Assembly (NCBI GenBank): GCA_963748825.1
Contig: CAVVKN010000023.1
Span: 192,001 to 256,000, forward strand
Reading direction: 5' to 3'
Origin: Methanotrichaceae archaeon
GTDB taxonomy: Archaea > Halobacteriota > Methanosarcinia > Methanotrichales > Methanotrichaceae
DNA: 64,000 nt
Below are positions 39,580 through 50,414 of this stretch, in pieces (the first letter of the stretch is position 1; every line of letters starts with the position of its first letter). A program made the position numbers and the translations under genes. Below the pieces are notes generated by a model. That model was not told the origin of the DNA and searched no databases. It saw only the letters and a list, made by a program, of their open reading frames with translations.

Positions 39580-40500
39580 TCATTCTTCCATCACGGCCAA
39601 ATAGGCCCACTGGTCATAAATTCCTTTGGAGTCACGATTATCGATTACCCTGCCCTTCCAGCCAGCATCCCCAAGGGCCTTCGCGATGAGTTCCGCTTCT
39701 TTTTGCGTGTAAACGGTAAATAAGACCCTCTTTTTCGCGAGGCTGGAGGCTTTGAGGAGAATGTCCCTCCAGAGAGGCCAGTTGAAATCATCTATCAGCC
39801 CCACCATGAATCCCAGAACGGTATGGAAAGACCGGGCTGGAAAGATGCAGGGCAAAAGCCTGGCATCCAGGACGAAGCAGCTCTGGGAATCCAGAAGCTC
39901 GCTCTTTAGGGCCTGGCACAGATCACAGCGATCGGAGTCCATGGAGAGGGGACTCTGACCCAGGCGAACAAGCGCCTGTGTGGCCATGCCACTGCCGCAA
40001 CAGATCTCCAGGATACTTTCATCTCTGGGCAGTATCGGTTGCAAGAGCTGCATTAGCCTCTCGATTCTCTCTTCTACGTAAAGAGGCGCTCCTTTCAGAG
40101 AGCAGCTCTCGCAGAAAAGCTCTGCCGCCAGAGAATTGGAAAAGTATTCCGTCAGAGCCGGGAAAAAATCGGCCTCATTTGCCTGCACTGTTTTGATGAT
40201 CTTAGATCGCCATTTCTCGGAATGCCCCGACAAAATTTTTTGGGAAGAATATTTATCCGTGAGAAGCAGCCACAGCTCTGCAGGCTCGGATAAGTGCAGG
40301 GCAAAACCCAGATCTTTGACCTCGATGCAGGCATCTGCATCCAGCCCCTCCTGCAGTATCTCTGTGGTGATCGGCAGCTCCAGCAGATCTTGCCAGGACT
40401 CTTCTGCGAGAAATATACTCTCCACCTCTCCCAGGTCCAGTAGACGATTTAGTAGCACAAGACCCATTCTTTTGCTCCTGAATATCAAGCTTCTCGCCAT
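39580..40500 (-). CDS. Class I SAM-dependent methyltransferase-like protein
   Basis: ILEICCGSG motif I; CESC motif. Confidence 0.7.
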   Translation of the reverse strand: MARSLIFRSKRMGLVLLNRLLDLGEVESIFLAEESWQDLLELPITTEILQEGLDADACIEVKDLGFALHLSEPAELWLLLTDKYSSQKILSGHSEKWRSKIIKTVQANEADFFPALTEYFSNSLAAELFCESCSLKGAPLYVEERIERLMQLLQPILPRDESILEICCGSGMATQALVRLGQSPLSMDSDRCDLCQALKSELLDSQSCFVLDARLLPCIFPARSFHTVLGFMVGLIDDFNWPLWRDILLKASSLAKKRVLFTVYTQKEAELIAKALGDAGWKGRVIDNRDSKGIYDQWAYLAVMEE

Positions 40501-40613
40501 ATACTCTTCCTTGCTTCCTTCACGACCTTCGCTGCCTTGAGGCACATACCCACTTTATGCCGCGGCAGTACCGCCGGAACAGATATATTATATTCCTGGT
40601 AAAATGGGGCTGT

Positions 40614-42611
40614 TTGAAACTGGTAGATCTGCCCGGCGTGGGCTCTCGCATAAGAGAGCGCCTCTTAGAGCAATATGGGGATGAAGAAAAAGCCTTGCAG
40701 GCGGTCTTGAACGCAGATGTGGCCGGCCTGTGCAGGGCTCTGAGCGAACGCCAGGCTCTCCTCCTGGTCCAACATGCCAAGGGTTTGAAGTATGCCGTCA
40801 CGCCCGAGCAGTTTCTGGCCACGGATGAGGCGGCCAGAATCCAACAGACGCTCATCTCCCACCTGGCGAGCTATGCACATACCGAATACGCCCGGCTCAA
40901 GATTGGTACTCTATTTGCCTCTTCTTCGGCACAGCTTTTGGCGGAGAACCGTAAGATCGCCCTGGCAGCTTCCCTGGCAGCGGAGAAGATGAAGGGGCAG
41001 GGCATGGAGGAGCTACTGAAAAAGATCCGGCCGCTCCGGGAGAAGGCGGCCGCGAGGGTTAGGGAAAGGGCGGTGGCCGCCACCTCGGCCGAGGCCTTTC
41101 AGAGGCTGAAGGCGCGGGGTCTGGACAGGCTGATAGACCTGCATCTGGCAGAGAGCCCGGCGGAGCTGATGGACCTGGCCAGAAGCTACAGCCACGTTTG
41201 CCTGGTGGGCGAGGAAATGGAAGGGCCGGCGGAGGTGGAGCTGGCCGAGTCTTTAGAAGAGTGGTATCTGGTGCCCGAGGCGGTCCTGGGATTTTATGAG
41301 GACAATTTAGAGTGTCTGCTGGCGGCAGCCCAGGCGGCCCGAAAGCTGCAGGATGCTGGAGTAGCTGGCTTTGCGGGATGGGAGAGTCTGCAAAAGCTTC
41401 TCGCCAAATTAAATGAGAGCGGGGACCACGAAGGAGAGCGGCTGGAGCGGATGGCAGCGCGACTGGGCGTGTGCGTGGGCGAGTCCGCCGCCTGGGCTAA
41501 TGAGGAGCTGAAGAAGAAGATTGAGAAGAGCTCGCTGACCCTGGGAGGCACGGACCTGCTCCTGGTCATGAGCCGGGGAGAGGGCGTGCGAGAGCTTTTG
41601 GAGGTGCAGATGAAGAGCGTCTTTGCACAGGTCCTAAAGGAGGCAAAGGCGCGCGCCGCGAGCGAGCTGGAGCTGCAGGGAGCGGAAGCGGTGTGGCTGG
41701 ACGAAATCTTCTCGGCTGAGGTATGCTACCCTCTGGAGCTGGACCGGCAGGCACTGCGCTCCTTTGAGCAGGAGCTACGAAGCCGCAGGGAAGGGCGAGG
41801 ACTGAAGGCAAGAAGAGAGAATGCGCGAGGCCTGCAGGACAAAAGGGAGGAGGCCGCTGCGCTCGTGCATTCCCTGATGGAGTTTGACTATGCCTATGCC
41901 CTGGGGCAGTTTGCCCTGGCAGAGAATCTCACTTTTCCCGAGATCGCAGAGGAGCCTTGCCTCTCCTTTGACGGAGGGCCGCCATCTCTTTTTGGACAGG
42001 CCCGATCCCGTGAGCTACTCCCTGGGAAGCGCAGATCATGCCGAAAAGGTGGCACTGCTCAGCGGTGTCAACTCGGGCGGCAAGACCACTCTCCTGGACC
42101 TGATCTCCCAGATCGTCATCCTGGCACACATGGGCCTGCCCGTGCCGGCGCGAGCCTGCCGACTTAGCCTCTTTGAGGAGTTTTACTACTTCAGCAAAAG
42201 CAGAGGTACGCTCTCTGCCGGAGCCTTCGAGACGGCCATGAAGAAGTTTGCCGTGGTGGAGAATGAGAAGAGAAAGCTGGTCCTGGCGGACGAGCTGGAG
42301 GCCATCACCGAGCCCGGAGCCTCGGCGCGCATTATCGCCTGCATGCTGGATGAGCTGAACCGGCGCGGCTGCGTGGCGTCTTCGTCAGCCACCTGGCCGA
42401 GGATGTGCGCCGCTTTGTGGAGACGCCGGTACGGGTGGACGGGATCGAGGCGGAGGGGCTGGATGAGAACAACAATTTGCGCGTTTGCAGAAGCCCGCGC
42501 TACAACTATCTGGCCAAGAGCACTCCGGAGCTGATACTGGACAGGCTGGTACGGTCCACCAAAGGGCCGGAGCGGGAGTTTTATGCCAGGCTGCTGGCGA
42601 AGTTTAAATGA
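40614..42611 (+). CDS. Archaeal MutS-like protein with N-terminal HhH motif (frameshifts near 41975 and 42375)
   Basis: LPGVGSR HhH; LSGVNSGGKTTLL Walker A; LAHMGLPVPA; LADELEAITEPG. Confidence 0.82.
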
Positions 42612-42640
42612 TGCAATCTTCAAGGCCCTGGAATATTTTG

Positions 42641-42780
42641 GTCCTCAGTGAGTTCTCCGTGCGCTCTGTGCCTCTGTGGTGATAGTCCGTAACCATTTGG
42701 TTATTAGCCAGTGGCTAACGACGATTCCACCACAGAGACACCACAGAGACACCACAGTTCACAGAAGGACGCACAGAGAA
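42641..42780. repeat. Palindromic ctctgtg/cacagag repeat copy with internal tandem caccacagaga units
   Basis: gtgcgctctgtgcctctgtggtg ... caccacagagacaccacagagacaccacagttcacagaaggacgcac. Confidence 0.8.
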
Positions 42781-42851
42781 CGCTATAAAATAGGAGAGCC
42801 AGCTTTTTTCCGTTAGGTGCTCCTTTTATATTCTAGAGACAGACTATTTTT

Positions 42852-43073
42852 ATGGAAATCTGGCAGATAGTCGTGATCTGTATTCTCATGTTTCCCCTCT
42901 TTATGATCGCCAACTATATCATCGTCAAGAAGGCGGCATCGGAGCGAAGGAGTCGCGACGATAGGATCGAGCGGGCAGTCTCCGACAGCGTGGCGGCCAG
43001 CTACGCAGACAAGGGGCTGGCCCGGCAGAGCTGGCCCAAGTACAAGGCGGAGAGGAAGAAGAGAAAGGAGTGA
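42852..43073 (+). CDS. Small single-TM membrane protein
   Basis: N-terminal TM and basic tail. Confidence 0.6.
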   Translation: MEIWQIVVICILMFPLFMIANYIIVKKAASERRSRDDRIERAVSDSVAASYADKGLARQSWPKYKAERKKRKE

Positions 43074-43590
43074 GATTTTTATTCAACTCTAAAATTTGGT
43101 CCCTCTTTTAGCGATCCATATATTCCCTGCCACGAACATCCTTTCTACTCGAAGAAACAGCAGCCGCCCATGAGCTCGTGCGCGTGTGCGTGGCCGCGCG
43201 GGTCCGGGCGGGTGCGGTTGGGCACATCCCCCCAACATGTGGACTCCGGGGCTGGTATGCCCGAGATTGGCAGAGAATGGGAGCGAGAGAGGAAAAGATG
43301 CAAAACATTTTTTTAAAATTTTTTAAAAAAAATACGCATCTGATTTTTTGTATCCTAATTGAGAACCGATCTTCCAAAAGATACTAACAGAAAAAATTAA
43401 ATAAGATATCCTTATTCAAGATACGTACCAAAGATAAGAATTGAGTTCAGGACCCCCAACGTGCCGATAAAATCTGACTCAGAACGCTCCAATCCAAGTG
43501 TGCATAAATGCATTGATGGTAAAATATATAATATATCAAAAATATATGAGGAAAATAAAACCATAAGAATCACATCATGTTTTACTGAAC

Positions 43591-46500
43591 TTGTTTATAT
43601 TGTTTTATATTATTTTCTTGCCTGCCGCTGCCTCGTCCTTGAGCATCTCTGCCCCCCCAGAGGTAGATGTCTCTGGTGAAGGTGCTTATGAAATGAATTT
43701 CATTTGCAGCGATGATGCTCGCAGCTTGTCTGCACTGCTCCAGATTCCTGCGGGATTCAGCTATACAGGAAATGCAAAGATCGTTTTGAACGGCATGCAA
43801 TCATCATGTGAGCCTTACCAGAGCGGTCAGTCTCTACAGTGGGACCTTTCCAGTGCGCTAAAATCCTGCAGACACATCATAATAAACGAATGGGAGCAAA
43901 ATCCAGAAGGCACAGACACGGCGCAAAGGAATGGATTGAGCTCTACAATCCAACTTCCCAGGCAGTCAATATCGGTGGATGGAAACTCATCGATAGCTAC
44001 TATGGGAAGTCTGTTTCCATTCCCCTGGGCACAGTTATCGTGCCTGATGGCTATCAACTTCTCACCTGGACCAATGGCTCTTTGATCAACTCCCAAACAA
44101 CCTACATTTCACTCTTGGATTCTGCGGGACGAGTGGTGGACTGCACATCAGGAGGCCAAAGATGAAGCGAATGACTAATTTCTGCTGGGCGCGCAATCCC
44201 AATGGCAAAGATCTGGACAGCGATCTGGATTGGAAATTTCAGGCGGCAACTCCAGGAAGTTCTAATGGCGGAAGCTCTGCCGATATTTATGCAGGTGAGT
44301 CTCTGCGTTTGCAGTTCAATCTCACAGCCGGCTGCAGCGCACCCAGCCAGGCGCAGTTATCGGCGGAGATACTCTCCTCGGCAGGCAAAATTTCAGCTCC
44401 AGCTCTTCCCTTAAACATCAACAGGGCAAACTTGAGCCTTTCCGCCTCGCCGGATCGATTCGATATCGCCAAGGGCGATGAGATCGCCTGGACCATTCTG
44501 CTGGAAAACGACGGCGATGGAACTGCCTACGGCGTCATTGTCAATGTCACATTGGATCAGGGCTTGCAGCTTGTAGACATAGATTCACCGAAAAAAGCAC
44601 TGAATTGGAGCTATGCATCCCTTGCACCAGGCCAGACGGAGCAGATCATCCTCAAGGCCAGAGTGGTAGAAACCCAGGGCAGCTACTCCAGCACCTTTCA
44701 AGCCCGTTGGGGCTCTGGTCCCTGCCAGGAGATCGACCAGCTATCAAAGCTAGGGGCGAGAACCGCCCTTAGAAAGCAGCCCGACCAGCCACGCGGCCTG
44801 GCCGTGGGCGAAACCTTCGGCTTTGAAATCTCTGCCGACCTGCCCAAAGGAGCCCGCGACCTGTGGATCAACGACAGCATTCCCCAGGGGCAGATCTACA
44901 AAGGAAGCAGCCTGTCCGTGCAGGGCCCGGGCTTGCAGCGCGAGCTGGTAGCCGCAAATTCCGACGGCTCCCAGCAGATCTGCTGGTTCTTTGGAGACGT
45001 CGGTCCCGCTCAGACGATCGAGATCCTTTACAACTGCCTCCTGACAAACGTGCCCGAGAACCAGGATGGCACGATCCTGGGAGGGACAACATCTTCCATG
45101 ATCTGGATGGATGGCCTGACCCGCAAGACCGACGCCGACGAGGCAGGGGCTCTGACTGTGATCGAGCCCGAGCTGGTGCTGGAGATGCAATCCATCCGGC
45201 CCTTTGCTGCCCCGGACGAAAGAGGCTCCTTCACCCTGGCCCTCTACCACTCCGCCCAGAGCCATGCACCTGCGTTTGACGTGGATCTGCAGGCCCTCCT
45301 GCCCGCGGGAATGACCTACGAGCCGGGCTCGGCAGTGCTCCTGGCAGGACCCGCCGCCGCTTTTGATGCGGAAAGCCTCAGGTGGCACTTTGACGCCATC
45401 GACCTGGACTGGAACGCTGGCAAAAAGGCGCTCTTCCGCTTCAATGCAACCACCCATGCCGCGCCAGGCGATCAGATCGATGGACGCGCCCTCGTTACCT
45501 GGACCAGCCTCCCCGGCGAGAGCGCAGAGGAGCGCACGGGCGCAGGAGGATGCAACGACTACCTGCGAGAAGCCTCGGCTCGAGTGGGTGTCATGAACCT
45601 AACCTTGACCAAGACCGCAGACCCAGATCCAGTCCAGGTGGGCGAGCTTCTCACCTACACCCTCACCTACGAGAACCAGGGGACCGGCGTGGCCCACAAC
45701 GTCAACATCACCGACGAACTGGACCGGAGAGTTACCCTCATCACCGCCAATCCGGCCCCATTCAGCAACAACACCCAGAGCATTACCTGGACCATACCGC
45801 CTCTTGAGCAGGACGGCCCGCATGCCATTGCCCTGCAGGTGCGTGTAAAGGAGGATCTGCCTGACAAAGCCCTGCTGCAAAATCGCTTCACCATCAATTG
45901 CAGTGAGCTGGAGCCGAAATCGAGCAGCATCTACACACAGGTCCAGAATGGAACACGTCTATCCGTCAACAAGACGGCGCTACAAAAGGCGGTGCGCCGG
46001 GGCGAGGAGGTGAGCTACATCATAAAGGTCTGCAACATCGGTGGGCAGCCTGCTACTAACGTCACCGTACGCGATGTCTTTGAGTCCTCCGTAGAACTCA
46101 TCTCAGCCTGGCCGGAGATGGCTGAGGACGGTGTCTGGCGGTTCGAGAGCCTGGGCGTCGGACAATGCATAGAGATGGGCCTGACTGTCCGAGTTCCCAG
46201 AACAGACGTCCTGTACCAGAGCCAGCAGAATGTCACGGGCCAGGGCTTCGTCCGATCCTACCGGGGCTACAGCACCTCGCGGCTGCCCGCTCTTCTCAAT
46301 AACCGCGTCTACGTATCCTCAGACCAAATGCAGCTCTCTGCATCGGCGCAGGTGAAAATCCTGGCCGAGAAGGGGACGGAGCTATCCCTGCGCGAGCACG
46401 GCAGCGGGGATTACATAAGCCAGGAAGATCTGCGCTTTTTCACCACCAACAAATCCATCAGGCTGGAGAGAAGCGTGAGGGCGATCTATCATCCCGCGAC

Positions 46501-47843
46501 AATTTCTCTGCCCGGAAACAGCTCGCAGAAAGTCTCCTGCCTCTGGCACGAGGAGCTGCGGGCCAAGAACGGCATCACCAACACTTCCTTTGAAGAATCG
46601 TATCGATATTCCTCCAGCCTGAACAGCGAGAGCCTCCTTGATCTGGATGAAAACCAGTCGAAGATGCATATAAAGTCCGATTTCCAGGGATTGGCCCACC
46701 TGGGAACGCTGAAGCTGCCAGCGCCGGGGCGCGAAGGAGATATCTTTTCTGTAGAGGACTATGCAGGCAGCTTTCAGGTCTCGGAGAGCATCCACGATCT
46801 GGGCCAGGGCCTGATGGTGGGCCGCTCCGTCTCCGGCCGTGGCTATGTGGCCAAAGACGCGCTGGCCCAGGGGCAGAGGAGCTATGAGTCGGGAACGGGG
46901 GCCTATCGGTCTGTTGAGCAGAGGGACACATTTTCCGGTTTTATGGCCAAGGATCTGGATGCATCTCACAACAGCATAAGCCACAAAGTCACGCCTCGCA
47001 CATTTCTGAACATATCTCAAAAGTGGTCGGAGGGAATGCGGTCGCGCACCTCTACCAGCCTCATCGCCGAGGAGTACTCCAGTGCCACTCGGCTGAAGAA
47101 GAAAGCGACTGCGGCGAGTCCCAGGGAGCTGGTGAGCGAGGCCAACTTTTCCGGTACAGCGAAGCTGCGCACCACTGTGGGCAAGAACGGAACCCTTGCG
47201 GTGGACCGGGATGAGACGCTCATGGGCGACTACGAAGTAAAGCGAAGGATCATGCTCTCCAGCGCCGCCAAATACGACCAGCCGCACCTTTATCTTCGCA
47301 AAGACGGAAAGCAAGTCAAGGACGTGGCCGCGTATACTATCACCATCACCAATGACGGCAACGCCGCCATTGGGCCGCTCTTTCTGCAAGACCTCTTCCC
47401 GCCCGGGGCCAGGTTCCTCAACGCCACCCTGCGGCCCAACCAGATCGACGAGAACAGCTCCAACTGGACACTGCTGCATCTTTCCATCGGCGATACATTA
47501 AGAATCGGGATCAACTTGAATGTGGAAAAATGCGAGGGCGATATCATCAACCGGGCTTTCGTCATGGGCAACTGCAGCTTCGGGCAGGTGGCCGCGCAAA
47601 ACCAGTCGGTCATCTTCCGGGAGTACCTGGGATGCTGCCCATCGGAAGAGCGGCCCACACGAGCAGAGGCTGACGCTCCAGGAATAAGCTGCGCCTGCTG
47701 GGAGACAGGAGAGCGCCAACGAGACCGACTATTTGGACTCGACGCAGATGAAAATGCAGTGGGATAATGCGGACGAAGAGGATGGGGCCTGCCCCTTGAG
47801 CTGCCCGTCGCTTGAGGATGCTCATGCCCCCGTGCATAGCTGA
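43591..47843 (+). CDS. Large exported surface protein: lamin-tail domain plus multiple DUF11 Ig-like repeats (frameshifts near 43920, 44160 and 47715)
   Basis: IIINEWEQNP.G.D..EWIELYNP..VNIGGWKL (LTD); LTLTKTADPDPVQVGELLTYTLTYEN and VNKTA..GEEVSYII (DUF11); Cys-rich tail. Confidence 0.78.
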
Positions 47844-47919
47844 AATTATCCTCTAATTCGATAGGAAGTTAGAAGTAGATGCAAGATACAATTATAATCA
47901 TCAATGAGGTGAAATTCAT

Positions 47920-48153
47920 ATGGAACCCAGGATCCTGAAGATCGGTGAGAAGGTAACCGGCAGATACAGGGACATGGAGATGGGCAAGAGCAAGAAATTC
48001 TTCCGCGTCAAACTGGACAATGAGGAGTTTTATCTGCCCAAAGATGTGGGCAATTCCCTGCTTGTGAGCCACCAGAAGGGCTACGATAGATTCACAATCC
48101 AGCGCCAGTTGGATGTCTATGAAATCCATCCCCACCTGCTGGATACTGACTAG
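47920..48153 (+). CDS. Small hypothetical protein
   Basis: gaggtg RBS; 77 aa. Confidence 0.65.
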   Translation: MEPRILKIGEKVTGRYRDMEMGKSKKFFRVKLDNEEFYLPKDVGNSLLVSHQKGYDRFTIQRQLDVYEIHPHLLDTD

Positions 48154-48688
48154 ATCGAGTATCGAATTGGCAGATCTAAAGGTGTGCTTTCGCGCTCGAC
48201 CGTGCCGGAGGGCCCTCCCCAGCAGTTGGGCGATACGAGAACGATCGCTAAACTTACTGGGAAGTAGAATCTGAGGGGAGGCTTAAGTACGCTCAAGCTG
48301 CCCACCCCGTTATTTTCTTCTATTTTCTATTTTCTTCAAAGATGAAACATATTTGAAATATGTTAAATGTTTTTATTAACTCACGTATTTTTATCAGAGC
48401 ATGAGGGGCAGGCATTGTCCCGAATCCTTTTTTGCGTATTAGACCGTTCCGCCAGCAGAATCAAGAGCAAACTGGCCATACAAAGCACCGAAAAGACGGC
48501 TAAAATCAGCTTCATGCTCTGCAGAAATGCCGGGTCAAGGCTGATACCATGAACGGAGCTAGGAAGGAGCCGCCTGCAGAAATCATCAGAATATTTCGTT
48601 TGGCTGGAGATGAAGCCATATGTGGCATTTCACCGATTGCGAACCTAGCCGAGTGGATTGCCCTTTGGGGGGCAATTCGAAATCCTCT

Positions 48689-49213
48689 TTAGTCAATGAG
48701 CAGATTCTCCTGCATATCAGATGCCAGAGCAAGTAAGCTAACATACTGCATCATGGTTTCGCGGACTTCGTTCATGGCCTTATTGAACTCCCCATATCTG
48801 GCCCACTTTTTCTCATGTTCCTGAGGGGAATCGGATCCCTTCTTGCTCCGTTCATACTCCGCAAGCAGAGGATGCCATTTCATCATGAACGGCCTCAATA
48901 TTAAATCTAGGACTTTAATGGATAGATATGCAAAGGACAACTGTCCTTCGACTCTAGGACGTGCAACAGAGGGACCATACTTTCGCAAGATTTCCCTTGT
49001 TGCATCGAAGATCTTGTAAAGAGATGATAGACTGATCCTCAGCAAGCCCATCTCTGGTTTCACATAGGCCACAGGAATACGGGTCACTATCTCGACGTAC
49101 ATGTCCCAGGCTGCCATCCGCTCATTTTCTGTCGGGTCCCAGATTCCCTCGATAATTTTCGTTAGCCCATCGTGAGAATAAGATATTGATACATTGTAAG
49201 CCGATTCAATCAT
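48689..49213 (-). CDS. Hypothetical protein
   Basis: AAWDMYVEIVTRI..LSSLYKIFDATREILRKYGP pattern of a widespread uncharacterised family. Confidence 0.65.
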   Translation of the reverse strand: MIESAYNVSISYSHDGLTKIIEGIWDPTENERMAAWDMYVEIVTRIPVAYVKPEMGLLRISLSSLYKIFDATREILRKYGPSVARPRVEGQLSFAYLSIKVLDLILRPFMMKWHPLLAEYERSKKGSDSPQEHEKKWARYGEFNKAMNEVRETMMQYVSLLALASDMQENLLID

Positions 49214-49479
49214 TTTAATGCATCCGCTATAACATCTGCAATTTTGGTAAATTAACTTTATCCCGGAAATTTGAGATTATATAATCAGATCTGCTGGCCT
49301 GCGGATTGCAATAAATTCGGGAACTTGAGGACGTGGATTTAAGAGAGCTTGCCATCCGTCGCAGGTTGAGCAGAATGAACTATTCGCGAAGAGTTGCAGA
49401 AGCATCGACTGTAAAAGGCATATCAGAAATGCGGCTTGCCCCTCAAGAATCTCTCTAGATGTCTTATCGGATAAGAAAG

Positions 49480-49564
49480 CGCCGAGGGTGGGATTCGAAC
49501 CCACGATCTCCGGAGGAGAACAGGTTTAGCAAACCTGCGCCTTACCAGGCTAGGCAACCTCGAC
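49480..49564 (-). tRNA. tRNA-Ser (GCT)
   Basis: Cloverleaf gtcgagg...cctcggc; anticodon arm caggt-tt GCT aa-acctg; long variable arm; GTTCGAATC. Confidence 0.95.
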
Positions 49565-49648
49565 TTACCTCAGGGACTTGACCTTTGGGCTATTTAAATT
49601 CTGCGTTTGCCGCCCCGGCAAAAGTATCGAATTCCTTTTCCAGCAGCA

Positions 49649-50038
49649 TCACGTTACGCACACCAGCAGGTCCTTGCTGGTGATTATCCCTACCAGTGCC
49701 CCTTCCGTCATCACCGGAAGCCTTCTGATGTTGTGCTCTCGCATCAGCCTCGCCGCCTCCCGGGTGGAGGCATCAAGGTCAATGGTGACAAGCGGCCCAG
49801 GCGTCATGATCTCCGCGACCGCCACCGCCGCCGGGTCCCGGCCCTCCGCAAATACCTTGAGGAAGATCTGGCTGGTGGTAACGATCCCTAAGCCCTCCTT
49901 GAGAAGGCCGTCCCTGGCCACCAGCACGCAACCCTTCTTCTCAGCCACCATCCTTTTTATGGCCTCCAACACCGTGGCCTCCGGGCTCACAGTTGCAATG
50001 GGATAGCTCATCAGATCTCGAACCTTCATAGCCGCCAC
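49649..50038 (-). CDS. CBS-domain pair protein
   Basis: KVRDLMS..TVSPEATVLEA..M; IRRLPV..LVGIITSKDLL. Confidence 0.9.
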   Translation of the reverse strand: MAAMKVRDLMSYPIATVSPEATVLEAIKRMVAEKKGCVLVARDGLLKEGLGIVTTSQIFLKVFAEGRDPAAVAVAEIMTPGPLVTIDLDASTREAARLMREHNIRRLPVMTEGALVGIITSKDLLVCVT

Positions 50039-50163
50039 GATCCATTATAGACAGATCTTATAATTGCGATTATTAGCTGATAAATATGATCCATTTCCTG
50101 TGACGCTTTCTGAGAATAAAAATGAACCCATGTGCAAATGATTCCATTGCCCGGCCAAAAAAG

Positions 50164-50391
50164 GGCTCATCGAGGTATTGAGTGGGTAATAATAAAGTCC
50201 TCTGTGAGTCCTCCGTGCGCTCTGTGTCTCCGTGGTGGTGTTTCGTATTCGAAAACCATTTGGCTATAACCAGTGGCTAACAACGTTTCAACCACAGAGG
50301 CACAGAGTTCACAGAGTACGCACAGAGCGACTAACTAACAACTGGAAAACCATAGTAACCGAGGGTAGCCACGGGAAAATGGCGAAGAGCC
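50164..50391. mobile_element. MITE-like element, most complete copy of the palindromic repeat family
   Basis: Terminal ggctcatcg / cgaagagcc inverted repeats; near-duplicated A-rich flanks (caaaaaag / aaaaaaag); long internal ctctgtg/cacagag palindrome. Confidence 0.7.
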
Positions 50392-50414
50392 AAAAAAAGG
50401 ACGGGAAGCACCTT

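Noticed and set aside
46382-47479. 365-aa minus-strand ORF
   Set aside because: Antisense shadow of the GC-rich DUF11 gene.
48250-48270. Cobalamin riboswitch (actgggaag)
   Set aside because: Other B12-box elements are absent and there is no cobalamin-related downstream gene.
48645-48685. Possible att-site duplicate of the tRNA-Ser 3' end (gccgagtggatt) with hairpin attgccc/gggcaat
   Set aside because: The match is too short and gapped and there is no integrase nearby; more likely a terminator-like hairpin.
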